Below are positions 30,656 through 39,466 of a stretch of 44,675 nucleotides of DNA, one piece after another. The stretch lies in IMG/VR virus record IMGVR_UViG_3300045988_160791; one strand, given 5' to 3'. The DNA comes from a virus. Positions within the stretch are counted from its first letter, which is position 1, and each line of letters begins with the position of its first letter. The position numbers and the translations under genes are program-made. A model generated the notes under the pieces. It was given only the letters and a program-made list of their open reading frames with translations, did not search any database and was not told the DNA's origin.

Positions 30656-31321
30656 CTACTTTAGATATCCAGTCTTACTATTAAAGTTTTCCTTAAATTC
30701 TTCGCTATTTACATCAATATTTTTTATTTTGCTAAATCCATATTTATCATGTAAACATATATATACTTCATAAACTTCTTGAGTTAGAGTATCTCTGTGA
30801 TATACTTGTGCATTCATTCCTCTTGTAGCAAAATTAAATATTAAACAATGGACATTATATATATCCAAATCATCTGCAACTACTAAATGAAATAATGTAT
30901 CATCATAATGTCTCTGTTTTTTACACCATTCATACCACGCTGTTATAAGTGTTTGCCCTGTTCCAGCAGCACAATCATAAAATGCGTTACTATTTTTTGG
31001 ATTTATGGCTATTTTAGATAATATTTTAGTTGCCTCAAATGGTGTAAAACATTGTTTTAAATTTTTTGAATGAGTAGCAGTCATCATCGTATATTCACTT
31101 AATAAATCTATTTCAATTCCTACTTTTTTTTGTAGTTCTACGAAATCGTGAAAAAACTCTAACTTGTCATATTCTTCTTTTAAATTTTTTTCATTTAATG
31201 TTCTAACATAATCTATAAAATTATTTCTAAATCCTAATATATTTTTTTCATCTTTTATTTTGTATTTAAAAAATATATTATCCAGTTCCTTTACCGCTTC
31301 TTCTTTTTTCATTTTATCCAT
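30656..31321 (-). CDS. N-6 DNA methylase-fold protein lacking an evident NPPY motif
   Basis: KQCFTPFEATKILSKIA, FYDCAAGTGQTLITA. Confidence 0.7.
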   Translation of the reverse strand: MDKMKKEEAVKELDNIFFKYKIKDEKNILGFRNNFIDYVRTLNEKNLKEEYDKLEFFHDFVELQKKVGIEIDLLSEYTMMTATHSKNLKQCFTPFEATKILSKIAINPKNSNAFYDCAAGTGQTLITAWYEWCKKQRHYDDTLFHLVVADDLDIYNVHCLIFNFATRGMNAQVYHRDTLTQEVYEVYICLHDKYGFSKIKNIDVNSEEFKENFNSKTGYLK

Positions 31322-31539
31322 CCTAATTCCTCTACTTTCTTATTTATTGCTTGTAGTTCTTTCATTGATACCTCACAACAATCTCCTGTTCCGTACCCTA
31401 CTGTTACATTTTTATCTAATAATTCAAATACTATCTCCTTATCCATAAATAGTCCTTCTTTTTCATAATTTAATGTTTTTCTATTATTTTGTATAATTTT
31501 ATATCCTAATTCTTCAAACATCTCGTCGGCTGTTTTCAC
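31309..31539 (-). CDS. Hypothetical phage protein
   Basis: ORF. Confidence 0.45.
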   Translation of the reverse strand: MKTADEMFEELGYKIIQNNRKTLNYEKEGLFMDKEIVFELLDKNVTVGYGTGDCCEVSMKELQAINKKVEELGWIK

Positions 31540-31556
31540 TATTTATCACTCCTTTC

Positions 31557-31667
31557 TTATCCACCACAACTCATTTTTAAAACTACTATAGTGCCTATAA
31601 ACCAACCAAATGCTAGTGCACTAAATGCTATTGCTAATAATTGTAATATTAATTTAATCTTGTCCAT
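31557..31667 (-). CDS. 36-aa membrane peptide MDKIKLILQLLAIAFSALAFGWFIGTIVVLKMSCGG
   Basis: Hand translation; GGTGT ribosome binding site region. Confidence 0.4.
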   Translation of the reverse strand: MDKIKLILQLLAIAFSALAFGWFIGTIVVLKMSCGG

Positions 31668-31670
31668 CTT

Positions 31671-32234
31671 TTACACCTCATTTCCCCAGCAATCCCAACC
31701 CGTTGCTGTTTGCCTTGCAAATAATTCTATTTTTGGAACCTCTCCAACTAGCTCTGTTATTTTTTCCCTTACTTCGTCCGGTTTTCTGCTGTGTTCTCTT
31801 CTTTCTGCTATAATACAACTACTTACTTTATTACTTTTAATTAAATTTCCAGGTTTTCCTTTTATTGCTAATAAACAAACCTCACAATTGGATTTAGTAT
31901 AATAACCTATTCCAAAACATGGTTTCTTATTTTTTTTATTAGTTTTAATCCAACTAAATCCAAGCGTTTTATACATAAATCCCCAGCTTTCGATTATTTC
32001 TAGTGCTTCTCTCAAATTTGGAAATGTTGCCCATATAAATAATATACAATTATCTGCAGCTATTTTTTTTATAACAGTACTCATCTCTTTTATTTCTCTT
32101 ATCGACATTGTACTATAATGTCTTTTTACTCCCCCACCCATTTTATGCCAGGTATGTACATCTCCGTAACTCCATGGCGGGTCCGCATAAATAATGTTGT
32201 ATTTTTTTTCTGTATTATAAATATCAATTTTCAT
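31671..32234 (-). CDS. MT-A70-family adenine methyltransferase
   Basis: YNIIYADPPWSYGD. Confidence 0.93.
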   Translation of the reverse strand: MKIDIYNTEKKYNIIYADPPWSYGDVHTWHKMGGGVKRHYSTMSIREIKEMSTVIKKIAADNCILFIWATFPNLREALEIIESWGFMYKTLGFSWIKTNKKNKKPCFGIGYYTKSNCEVCLLAIKGKPGNLIKSNKVSSCIIAERREHSRKPDEVREKITELVGEVPKIELFARQTATGWDCWGNEV

Positions 32235-32266
32235 CTTTTTATTCTCCTATTCTGTGTATAAGTACA

Positions 32267-32437
32267 CAACTTCGTATTTTCCTCTTAATCTACATTTTTT
32301 TAGCATTCTTGTTGTTTCTCTTGCTGTTATACTAAAAAATTTAATTATTTCTGGTAATGTACCAATTCTTATACATTGCTCATTATCTTTAATATCGTAT
32401 ACTCCATATATTTTCATTTGTTTACACTCCTTTTAAA
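32267..32437 (-). CDS. 56-aa hypothetical protein MKIYGVYDIKDNEQCIRIGTLPEIIKFFSITARETTRMLKKCRLRGKYEVVYLYTE
   Basis: Hand translation; fits the operon gap. Confidence 0.5.
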
Positions 32438-32801
32438 CTTTCGTAATTTCTATTATGGTTTCTTCTCTACCTTTTTCGTAGACTATTCTGCTTCCATCCC
32501 AACTTTGTAAAATGTTGTAATTATCATCTTTTAATACCTTGTATTTAACCAATATGTCTGCTATTGCATTCTCTAAATTTGTTAAATCTCTTTTTCGTTT
32601 ATTTGAAACATAAAACGTGCATTTTAGATTTACTGGATAAGTTATATTGTTTTTGTATTTTGTTAAGAATTTGCCACACTCTCGTTCAAAATTTGCATAT
32701 ATTTCAGATTGTCCTATAAACAATTTTCCAGTTCTTTTATTTACTAAAATTCTCTGCGAATTTTTCTTGCTTCTGCACATAAGTGGTATTTTTATTATCA
32801 T
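32433..32801 (-). CDS. RusA-like Holliday junction resolvase
   Basis: KKNSQRIL...RDLTNLENAIADILVKYKVLKDDNYNILQSWDGSRIV. Confidence 0.85.
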   Translation of the reverse strand: MIIKIPLMCRSKKNSQRILVNKRTGKLFIGQSEIYANFERECGKFLTKYKNNITYPVNLKCTFYVSNKRKRDLTNLENAIADILVKYKVLKDDNYNILQSWDGSRIVYEKGREETIIEITKV

Positions 32802-32928
32802 TTTGCACTCCTTTTATATAATTTTCACATCTGTAATATCCTCTAAAGTTTATATCTTCTAGTAGGTTGCATCCTAGGCAGGTTACACATTTACAATCTG
32901 GTATTGTTTCGTACTTCTGTCTATCCAT
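32737..32928 (-). CDS. Cys-rich small protein
   Basis: CKCVTCLGCNLLE...YYRCENYIKG. Confidence 0.45.
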   Translation of the reverse strand: MDRQKYETIPDCKCVTCLGCNLLEDINFRGYYRCENYIKGVQNDNKNTTYVQKQEKFAENFSK

Positions 32929-33209
32929 TAACTTGCTATCCTATATATTGCAACACTTTTACCTGTTACACTATCTCTTGTTTTACCAACTATAATTACT
33001 TGTCTTTTTTCTAGTAAATGAGTTAACCTTGGACTTGCATTATTTCTATCTGGTGTATTTGTGTAACCTGCTAAATACATCTCTTCTGCTATCTCTCTAG
33101 CTGTCCTTTCTATTCCATCTTTTAAGATTTCTAGTACTTGTGCCTCTCTCTCGTTTATATTTACTTTTATAAAACTTTCTCTTCTAGTTTCTCTTGTTAT
33201 TTCATTCAT
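32928..33209 (-). CDS. Winged-helix-like phage protein
   Basis: EREAQVLEILKDGIERTAREIAEEMYLAGYTNTPDRNNASPRLTHLLEKRQVI. Confidence 0.6.
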   Translation of the reverse strand: MNEITRETRRESFIKVNINEREAQVLEILKDGIERTAREIAEEMYLAGYTNTPDRNNASPRLTHLLEKRQVIIVGKTRDSVTGKSVAIYRIAS

Positions 33210-33319
33210 TTGTTTTCACTCTCCTTTAAAACTACTGTTCCCTGTAAAATCCCTTTTATAGCTTTTATTTTGTTTTGTGTTTCTAAATTAGCAAATGCTT
33301 CTTGAGTAATCTCTACCAT
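33206..33319 (-). CDS. 37-aa hypothetical protein
   Basis: MVEITQEAFANLETQNKIKAIKGILQGTVVLKESENK; ATGA overlap with next gene. Confidence 0.45.
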   Translation of the reverse strand: MVEITQEAFANLETQNKIKAIKGILQGTVVLKESENK

Positions 33320-34548
33320 CTCATCACCCCTTTAAATTCACTATTTGCTTTGTTGAATTTCAAGTCTATTTTTCCAGTTTCTCCTGCACGCTGTTTTGCT
33401 AGTTTTAATGTTATGTCTGCTACTGTTTCTGTACTTTCCGCTTCTTGATATAAAAATAATATGTTATCTGCATCTTGCTCTATTGCTCCACTTTCTCTTA
33501 AATCAGCCAGCGTTGGCTCTTGTCTTGCTGCATTTCTATTTAATTGGCATAGTCCAATAATTGGTATATTTAGCTCTAAACTTAATAACTTTAGTGTTCT
33601 TGTTATATCTGCTACTTCTTGCTCCCTAGAATTAAATTTTCCTTTGTTTTTTATTAGTTGTATATAATCAATTATCATCAATCCTAAATTGTTCTTATTT
33701 TTTAATTTACGGGCTATATTCTCTATATGCTGTATTGTTCTTGCTTTTGTTATTAGGTGGATTGGTAGCTCTGCTATTTCTGCACTTACTATACCTATTT
33801 GCTCTAGCTCTTTTGTTTCTAATGTTCCCATACGCATTTTATAACTATTTATTCTTGCTCTTCTGCTTATTAATTTTTGTATTACTTGTGTATCAGACAT
33901 TTCTAAACTTATTATTGCAGTTTCTGTTCCTCTTTCTGCTATATGTTCTGCTATTTGCAATGCTAATGTTGTCTTTCCTACGCCAGGTCGTGCACCGATT
34001 ATTGTTAGCTCCTGTTTATGTAATCCACAAATCATTTTGTCTAAATCTGTTATTCCTGTATATAGTGTATAATCTGGTTTCTGCAATGTGTTTTTTTCTA
34101 TCTCTGTAGATGTTTCCACTACCTGCTCCACAAATGTCTGTTCCTTTTCATTTATTTCCGCTATTTTATTTATTTGCTTTATTTTATCTTGCATAAATAT
34201 ATCTATGTTTTCCGCTTCCATCAGCTCTGTAATACTTTTCTGTAATAATTCCATTAGCTTTCTTTTTTTAGATAGCTCTATTACTTGGTTATATATGTAA
34301 TCTGCTGTTGTTGCATATACATATTCATTTAAGTTTGCTAAATACTCTATTACCTGTTTATTGTTTGCACTTATTTTGCTTTGCAAGGAAATTATGGATA
34401 TTTCCTTTTTCTCTGCTTTTAACTCATTTATTGCTTTTATTATTCTTTTGTTCCTTTCAAATGCAAAATCTGTTTCATCTAGCACATAATCCTCTTGCTC
34501 ATATATCAAGTAGTACAGCATCGCTTTTTCTAGCTCTTCATCACTCAT
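33313..34548 (-). CDS. Replicative DNA helicase (DnaB-like)
   Basis: TELIYLIARPGVGKTTLALQIAEH-type Walker A (GARPGVGKT), LGLMIIDYIQLI. Confidence 0.95.
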   Translation of the reverse strand: MSDEELEKAMLYYLIYEQEDYVLDETDFAFERNKRIIKAINELKAEKKEISIISLQSKISANNKQVIEYLANLNEYVYATTADYIYNQVIELSKKRKLMELLQKSITELMEAENIDIFMQDKIKQINKIAEINEKEQTFVEQVVETSTEIEKNTLQKPDYTLYTGITDLDKMICGLHKQELTIIGARPGVGKTTLALQIAEHIAERGTETAIISLEMSDTQVIQKLISRRARINSYKMRMGTLETKELEQIGIVSAEIAELPIHLITKARTIQHIENIARKLKNKNNLGLMIIDYIQLIKNKGKFNSREQEVADITRTLKLLSLELNIPIIGLCQLNRNAARQEPTLADLRESGAIEQDADNILFLYQEAESTETVADITLKLAKQRAGETGKIDLKFNKANSEFKGVMRW

Positions 34549-35414
34549 TTTGTACTCCTTTTCTCTTCATTATTTCTTCGTACGTTGTTTTCCCTCTTAC
34601 TATGTCTGCATACTCTTCGTCTGTTAAAATACTCGTGTCTATTTCTTTATAATCTTCTTTTGGCTTTTCTTCTTTCTTTTCCGTTTTTTGGTTTTGTTCA
34701 TTCTGCACGTCTGCTAATACTTTATATCCTTTTTTTAACCAACTTCTTAATATTCCGTTTATGTATTTAGCAGTTCTTATATTAGCTATAGATGCAGTTT
34801 TTATTGCTTCATTAATTATCCTGTAGTCTTTAAAATCTTTTAGATAACTAAAAATCAACTCGGCTGCTGCTGGTGTTATTAATCCAATATTATCTTCATA
34901 ACATTTTGTTATCTTAGAAATTTTTTCATTATCATCTATCTCTATATCTATATCTAGCTCTTTCTCTATATCTAGCTCTAGCTCTTTCTCTACGTAACTG
35001 CCGTGTCACAGGTGCGTCACAATGTGACGGTAGAAGATTGCTTTTTCTCTTTTTTTCTCTTAGTTTTCTCATTCTTTCAGCAGATGTACCTTCAGAACCA
35101 GTTAAATCTTTTATTGCAGTCATATATAGTGAACCATTATCTATTACATCTACTAATCTCATTTGCTGTAATGCATTTATTAATAGTCGTATTATATTTT
35201 CATCTTCATCCAGAATCATTGCTAATTCCGCTTCGCACGATGGTAAAATTTGGTCATATTTTAATACTCCTTCTGTTCGTATACTTTTTAATAACATTTT
35301 TAAATATACTATTGTTAATTTGTCCCCATCTGGAAGTTTTCGCAAATATTTTACTTGTTTTTCATCGAAAAAATCCTCTTTTAGTTTTAGCCAAAAAAAT
35401 CTTCTCTCTGCCAT
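34541..35414 (-). CDS. Replisome organizer with N-terminal winged helix and C-terminal DnaD-like domain; needs +1 frameshift at CGG 35001-35003
   Basis: 34932-35414 N-term (RRFFWLKLKEDFFDEKQVKYLRKLPDG) and 34541-34858 C-term (FKDYRIINEAIKTASIANIRTAKYINGILRSWLKKG) joined by the open +1 frame GSYVEKELELDIEKELDIDIEIDDNEKISKITKCYEDNIGLITPAAAEL. Confidence 0.85.
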
Positions 35415-35417
35415 TTT

Positions 35418-35771
35418 TTATCCTTTCCTGTTCCATTGTGAATGTTTGTATTCATCTTCTAAAACATAATTATTTATATATTCTTGTGCTGGTTTAATGT
35501 GTTCAGATTTAAAATCACTTATTGTTCTTACTCTTAAATCCCACTTTAAATCACTCATTATTTTCTTTTCTGCTCTTTTTCTTGTCCAATTATATGTATT
35601 TCCATTATCTAATTCATCTTGTTCAACTTCCTTTTCTACTTTTTCAATTATCATTGCTCTAATTTCGTTGTATGCACTTGTACTTCCTGCACTTCCTCTC
35701 TTTAATGCTCTTTCCAAAAATGCAATTCTTTCTTTTAGCTCTTGATTTTCTTGTTTTAATTGTTCTTCCAT
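35418..35771 (-). CDS. Hypothetical phage protein
   Basis: ORF. Confidence 0.45.
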   Translation of the reverse strand: MEEQLKQENQELKERIAFLERALKRGSAGSTSAYNEIRAMIIEKVEKEVEQDELDNGNTYNWTRKRAEKKIMSDLKWDLRVRTISDFKSEHIKPAQEYINNYVLEDEYKHSQWNRKG

Positions 35772-35775
35772 AACC

Positions 35776-35940
35776 TTATACCTCCATAAACTTTCTGATT
35801 ATTTTTTTGTATAAATTAACTTTAAATACTCTGTAGCTTATTAATTGTATAAGCATTAATCCTATAAATCCTATAATTGCATATATTGCTAATATCACTA
35901 TAATAAATAGCCCTGTTATTAAACTTTCTATTAATCCCAT
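35776..35940 (-). CDS. 54-aa membrane peptide MGLIESLITGLFIIVILAIYAIIGFIGLMLIQLISYRVFKVNLYKKIIRKFMEV
   Basis: Paralogue of 12258-12422; AAGGAG SD. Confidence 0.75.
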   Translation of the reverse strand: MGLIESLITGLFIIVILAIYAIIGFIGLMLIQLISYRVFKVNLYKKIIRKFMEV

Positions 35941-35982
35941 AATAAAAACACGCTCCTTTTTCAAATTCGTTCATCAAACCAC

Positions 35983-36100
35983 TTGAAAAATTTGCGTGTT
36001 TACTATATAATTATATATAGAAACACTTTTTCAAGGGTTTCGATTGGCTATTTAATACTGAAAAGTTTCTCAGGCTGATGCAGTATTAAATAGTTTTTTT
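35983..36100 (+). ncRNA. Candidate antisense sRNA (promoter TTGAAA-N17-TATAAT, TSS about 36018, terminator to 36100)
   Basis: Perfect 13-bp stem CTATTTAATACTG/CAGTATTAAATAG (36048-36060/36081-36093) then TTTTTTT. Confidence 0.6.
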
Positions 36101-36275
36101 AATTTTGTTTTTTAATTATTAATGATTTGTTTTTTTCGTCAAGTGTAACAATAAAATCTCTTTCTTCTGGAGTAATGTTTATTGCTCTTAACCAAGTTAC
36201 TGGAAGTGTAGCTTTAGCATTTATTGAACCACTTCCACTTTTAAAAAAATTCATTTTCAATTTTCTCTCTTCCAT
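36099..36275 (-). CDS. AbrB/SpoVT-type small DNA-binding protein, 58 aa
   Basis: MEERKLKMNFFKSGSGSINAKATLPVTWLRAINITPEERDFIVTLDEKNKSLIIKKQN. Confidence 0.7.
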   Translation of the reverse strand: MEERKLKMNFFKSGSGSINAKATLPVTWLRAINITPEERDFIVTLDEKNKSLIIKKQN

Positions 36276-36344
36276 ATATAAAAGCTCCTTCCCTTGACAA
36301 TTACAATATTAATAATATATAATCATTAAGGGAAGTTGGGGATT

Positions 36345-36470
36345 TTAATATCCCCTTTCTTCTAAACCTTTAAGAATTAGCTTAATCTGTTTGCGATTAT
36401 TAGCTTTTCTTTTAGCTTGTGCTTGTTTTGATTGGTAGTCGGCAAGCACTTTTTTTATTGCTTTTAACAT
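36345..36470 (-). CDS. 41-aa basic peptide MLKAIKKVLADYQSKQAQAKRKANNRKQIKLILKGLEERGY
   Basis: GGAGG SD; downstream of a strong promoter. Confidence 0.5.
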   Translation of the reverse strand: MLKAIKKVLADYQSKQAQAKRKANNRKQIKLILKGLEERGY

Positions 36471-36505
36471 ATGGCTTTTACCTCCTTTCCTCTTTCGATG
36501 GTTAT

Positions 36506-36534
36506 ATATTATCACTCTTATGACATACTGTCAA
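36506..36534 (-). promoter_or_regulatory. Early promoter TTGACA-N17-TAATAT with dyad TGACA-TAC-TGTCA (36521-36533)
   Basis: Consensus elements and dyad overlapping -35. Confidence 0.75.
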
Positions 36535-36647
36535 TACTTTTTTTAAACTTTTTTTAAATATTTTTCCAAGTCTTGAAACTATTGTATTTACTGCGTTTGC
36601 CTGATATACTATTCAGTTGTCAATGTGCGTTTTTATTACTTTTTAAA

Positions 36648-37073
36648 TTACTTTTCTATATAGTTTTTTCCAAACTCTTTTAAAAATTTTTCTTTACAAT
36701 ATATCTTTATAAATTTTTTCTTTGCGTAGTTTTGTAATTTATTTCTTGTATTTTTATCCAGGTCGGCTTTTTGGTGGCACTTTCTACATAAGTAATAAAC
36801 TAACCCATATTGAATACTTTTTTGCCTATTTGAGCCACCTAGTGCCTCATGCTTGTCTAATTTTTTTAGCTGTCTATTACAAATAAAACATTTTCCATTT
36901 TCTTCCTGCAAAATACTAAATCTGTTTTTCTCTGCTTTTGCTAACTTTTTTGACTTTTGCTTTATTTTTGTCGTTGTATTTTCTTTTTTTATTGGATTTT
37001 TTGGACATGGATTAAAACTACTGCTTAAATCTGTTATTACCATTAAATTCGCCCCTTCCCAGAAATCCCCCAT
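36648..37073 (-). CDS. HNH/Ref-like recombination nuclease; start likely internal
   Basis: CFICNRQLKKLDKHEALGGSNRQKSIQYGLVYYLCRKCHQKADLD. Confidence 0.65.
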   Translation of the reverse strand: MGDFWEGANLMVITDLSSSFNPCPKNPIKKENTTTKIKQKSKKLAKAEKNRFSILQEENGKCFICNRQLKKLDKHEALGGSNRQKSIQYGLVYYLCRKCHQKADLDKNTRNKLQNYAKKKFIKIYCKEKFLKEFGKNYIEK

Positions 37074-37387
37074 TCTCGATTAAGTTGGTTTTCTAATATT
37101 CTTAATTTTAATTTTGTTACATTTATTGCCTCCAAGTTTGCTTGGTATATTGTTTCTTTTATATCTCTATCTAGTCTTAACTTTGCTACTTCTGGTATTC
37201 CGTATACTATTTGGTTTATTAACGTTACTGGCATATTCTTTTCTGTTTTTAATTTTAAAGCCTCTTGTCTTAAAACTATCTTGTATTCTTTTTCAGATTC
37301 TGCTTTCTTTACGCCATTTTCTTTTAAATTTATTACTAATGTATCTAAATACTTAGTTAGATTTGTTATTTCATAAAATAAATCCAT
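37043..37387 (-). CDS. Hypothetical phage protein
   Basis: ORF. Confidence 0.5.
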   Translation of the reverse strand: MDLFYEITNLTKYLDTLVINLKENGVKKAESEKEYKIVLRQEALKLKTEKNMPVTLINQIVYGIPEVAKLRLDRDIKETIYQANLEAINVTKLKLRILENQLNREWGISGKGRI

Positions 37388-37452
37388 TTTTTTACCTCAT
37401 ATTCTTGCAAATCTTACAACTTTATGTTAATATAAAGTTGTAAGATGTTTAT

Positions 37453-37770
37453 TTAGAATATTTTTATGTTGATTTGTCTGTCTTCTTGGTCGTTGTCAGA
37501 CAAATCTTTTTTTATTATTTCATACTGCTCTATCAGATACTTAAAAGCTTTTTCATTTTTACCTACAGTCATAAAGCAAATTGCTTTTGCCAGAATATTT
37601 GCCATTTCTCCTTGCATTTCTTCTGTTCTCTTGTCTACGGCTTGTCCTATTTCTTCTCTAGTTGCTTTTAGATCCTTATACACTTCTTCAGATTCTTCCT
37701 GTAAGTTTCTTACTGTCTTTGCTGTTTTTAGCTTATTAATCATAATAATTACATTTTCTCTTTTACTCAT
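37453..37770 (-). CDS. Hypothetical phage protein
   Basis: ORF. Confidence 0.45.
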   Translation of the reverse strand: MSKRENVIIMINKLKTAKTVRNLQEESEEVYKDLKATREEIGQAVDKRTEEMQGEMANILAKAICFMTVGKNEKAFKYLIEQYEIIKKDLSDNDQEDRQINIKIF

Positions 37771-37773
37771 TTT

Positions 37774-38031
37774 TTAAATACCTCCTAAAATTTTAATCAT
37801 TTGTGCCTTTTCTAGTTGTATTTCTTGTAATGTTTTGTTTTTGCTGTCTATGTTAAATATCACATTCACATTTCTTTTTGCCTTATGTACTTTCTTTGTT
37901 TTGTGTGCTTTCTTATAGCTTATTTCTGCAAATTTGTATGCTATGTATAACAATGCTATAGTTATTACTGCACTTCCTAATATTAATGTTCCTAAAAATT
38001 GCTTTGCTTCTACTAAACTCATGTTTCTCAC
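37774..38031 (-). CDS. Small membrane protein
   Basis: LGTLILGSAVITIALLYIAYKF. Confidence 0.5.
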   Translation of the reverse strand: MRNMSLVEAKQFLGTLILGSAVITIALLYIAYKFAEISYKKAHKTKKVHKAKRNVNVIFNIDSKNKTLQEIQLEKAQMIKILGGI

Positions 38032-38036
38032 CTCCT

Positions 38037-38318
38037 TTAAATAACTCTCATTTCAGTTAAATTTATTTTTCTTTTTTCATGATTAATGTTTATTGTTTTA
38101 AATTTTCTTTTTTGTTTTATTGGTCTTATTTCTTCTATTTTCTCTTGCTCTTGTATTTTTAGCACTTCTTCAAATCTTTCTATATCTTCAATATCAAATC
38201 TATATTCATTTCCAATTTTGATAAATTTCAATCCTTGCTTTATAAAGTTTTGTATTGTTCTGTTATCTTTGACTTGAAATCTATCTTTTATCTGTTTCAT
38301 TGTTAGAAATTGTTTCAT
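38037..38318 (-). CDS. Helix-turn-helix (MerR/excisionase-like) DNA-binding protein
   Basis: LTMKQIKDRFQVKDNRTIQNFIKQGLKFIKIGNEYRFDIEDIERFE. Confidence 0.75.
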   Translation of the reverse strand: MKQFLTMKQIKDRFQVKDNRTIQNFIKQGLKFIKIGNEYRFDIEDIERFEEVLKIQEQEKIEEIRPIKQKRKFKTININHEKRKINLTEMRVI

Positions 38319-38331
38319 TTAAACCCTTCTT

Positions 38332-39108
38332 TCATTTTTTTAAGAATTTACTTATAAAATAAACTTGTCCTTTTCCTGTTACTTTAGGTGTTTTATTTAC
38401 ACTTATATGTCCATCTGCATGTGTAATGCTTGTTTCCTTTATTTCAAATAAGCCTAATTTCATTGCTTTCTGTGTTGGCATATTGTAATCTGTTCCTTTT
38501 CTACTAATTAAGTAATTGTTATTTCTTAACCATTCAAAAAATCTATTTTGTCCTATATCGTGACCATTTTGCTTGATTATTTTTGCTAACTCTCCAACTA
38601 AAATTGATGTTTTTGCTGTTTCAACACTATTTGCAAATAATACTTTTGACTTTTGATCTTCTAATACTTTCTTTTGTTTTGCATTTTCCAGCTGCAATTT
38701 TTTCTTTTCTTCTCTCTCCTGTTTTAATTGTTCAAATACCCTTATTGCTAAGTCAGGATTATTTAATAATTCATCAGTTGCATACATTCCATTTTTTCTG
38801 ATTGAAGGTAATACTTCACTTGTTACCCATCGTTTAAACTTCTTTGCGCTTTCTAATTTGCTTGATAAGATTAAACTATATAATCCACTTTCATTTATTA
38901 TTGTCATATTTCTATTTTGGCTACCGTCGTAAATTGCGACATCAGATATTTTATCCTCTTCATCAATATGTTTTGATAATGCATCTCTTGTGTTTTTATA
39001 ACCTAATACTGTGGCTATATCATTACCAACAAAAAATGGTTCATTATTAACCATCAAGCTTCTTATTTTTCCAAAGTCTCGATTTTCAAATATTTTTAAT
39101 TCGTTCAT
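38332..39108 (-). CDS. Antirepressor, Bro-N plus KilAC domains
   Basis: EPFFVGNDIATVLGYKNTRDALSKHIDEEDK...GLYSLILSSKLESAKKFKRWVTSEVLPSIRKNG. Confidence 0.95.
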   Translation of the reverse strand: MNELKIFENRDFGKIRSLMVNNEPFFVGNDIATVLGYKNTRDALSKHIDEEDKISDVAIYDGSQNRNMTIINESGLYSLILSSKLESAKKFKRWVTSEVLPSIRKNGMYATDELLNNPDLAIRVFEQLKQEREEKKKLQLENAKQKKVLEDQKSKVLFANSVETAKTSILVGELAKIIKQNGHDIGQNRFFEWLRNNNYLISRKGTDYNMPTQKAMKLGLFEIKETSITHADGHISVNKTPKVTGKGQVYFISKFLKK

Positions 39109-39142
39109 TTATTTTCTCCTTTCTTTCATATAAGTTTATTCT

Positions 39143-39160
39143 GGTTAATTTTTTTTAACC
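39143..39160. promoter_or_regulatory. Operator candidate O1 GGTTAATTTTTTTTAACC
   Basis: Same dyad as at 39407-39424 and 39467-39484. Confidence 0.7.
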
Positions 39161-39162
39161 AT

Positions 39163-39387
39163 TTAAGTTAAAAAAATATAATCTTCGAAATTATAATTAT
39201 TCCTTTGGCAAAACTTTATAATTGCACCTATTACTTTTTTTCCTGCATTTTTACCGTTATTTTTTAAAATCGAATTAAGTTGAAAACGACTTATTCCTAA
39301 TTCTTTTGCCATCTTTGCTTGGTTGCCATCAAACTTTTCTCTCAATAAAATATTTATTGCTCCCATATTCAGTTCCACATCTTTCAC
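39163..39387 (-). CDS. Cro-like helix-turn-helix protein
   Basis: GNQAKMAKELGISRFQLNSILKNNGKNAG. Confidence 0.75.
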   Translation of the reverse strand: MKDVELNMGAINILLREKFDGNQAKMAKELGISRFQLNSILKNNGKNAGKKVIGAIIKFCQRNNYNFEDYIFLT

Positions 39388-39406
39388 CTCTTTTCTAGGT
39401 ATTTTT

Positions 39407-39424
39407 GGTTAATTTTTCTTGACC
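39407..39424. promoter_or_regulatory. Operator candidate O2 GGTTAATTTTTCTTGACC
   Basis: GGTTAA-N6-TTGACC. Confidence 0.7.
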
Positions 39425-39466
39425 ATTTGCATTATACTAAATCAAAAATAACATGTCAATACTTTT

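Noticed and set aside
36341-36356. GGGGAT/ATCCCC dyad near the 41-aa ORF stop
   Set aside because: Short; sequence constrained by coding and no T-tract in the direction of transcription.
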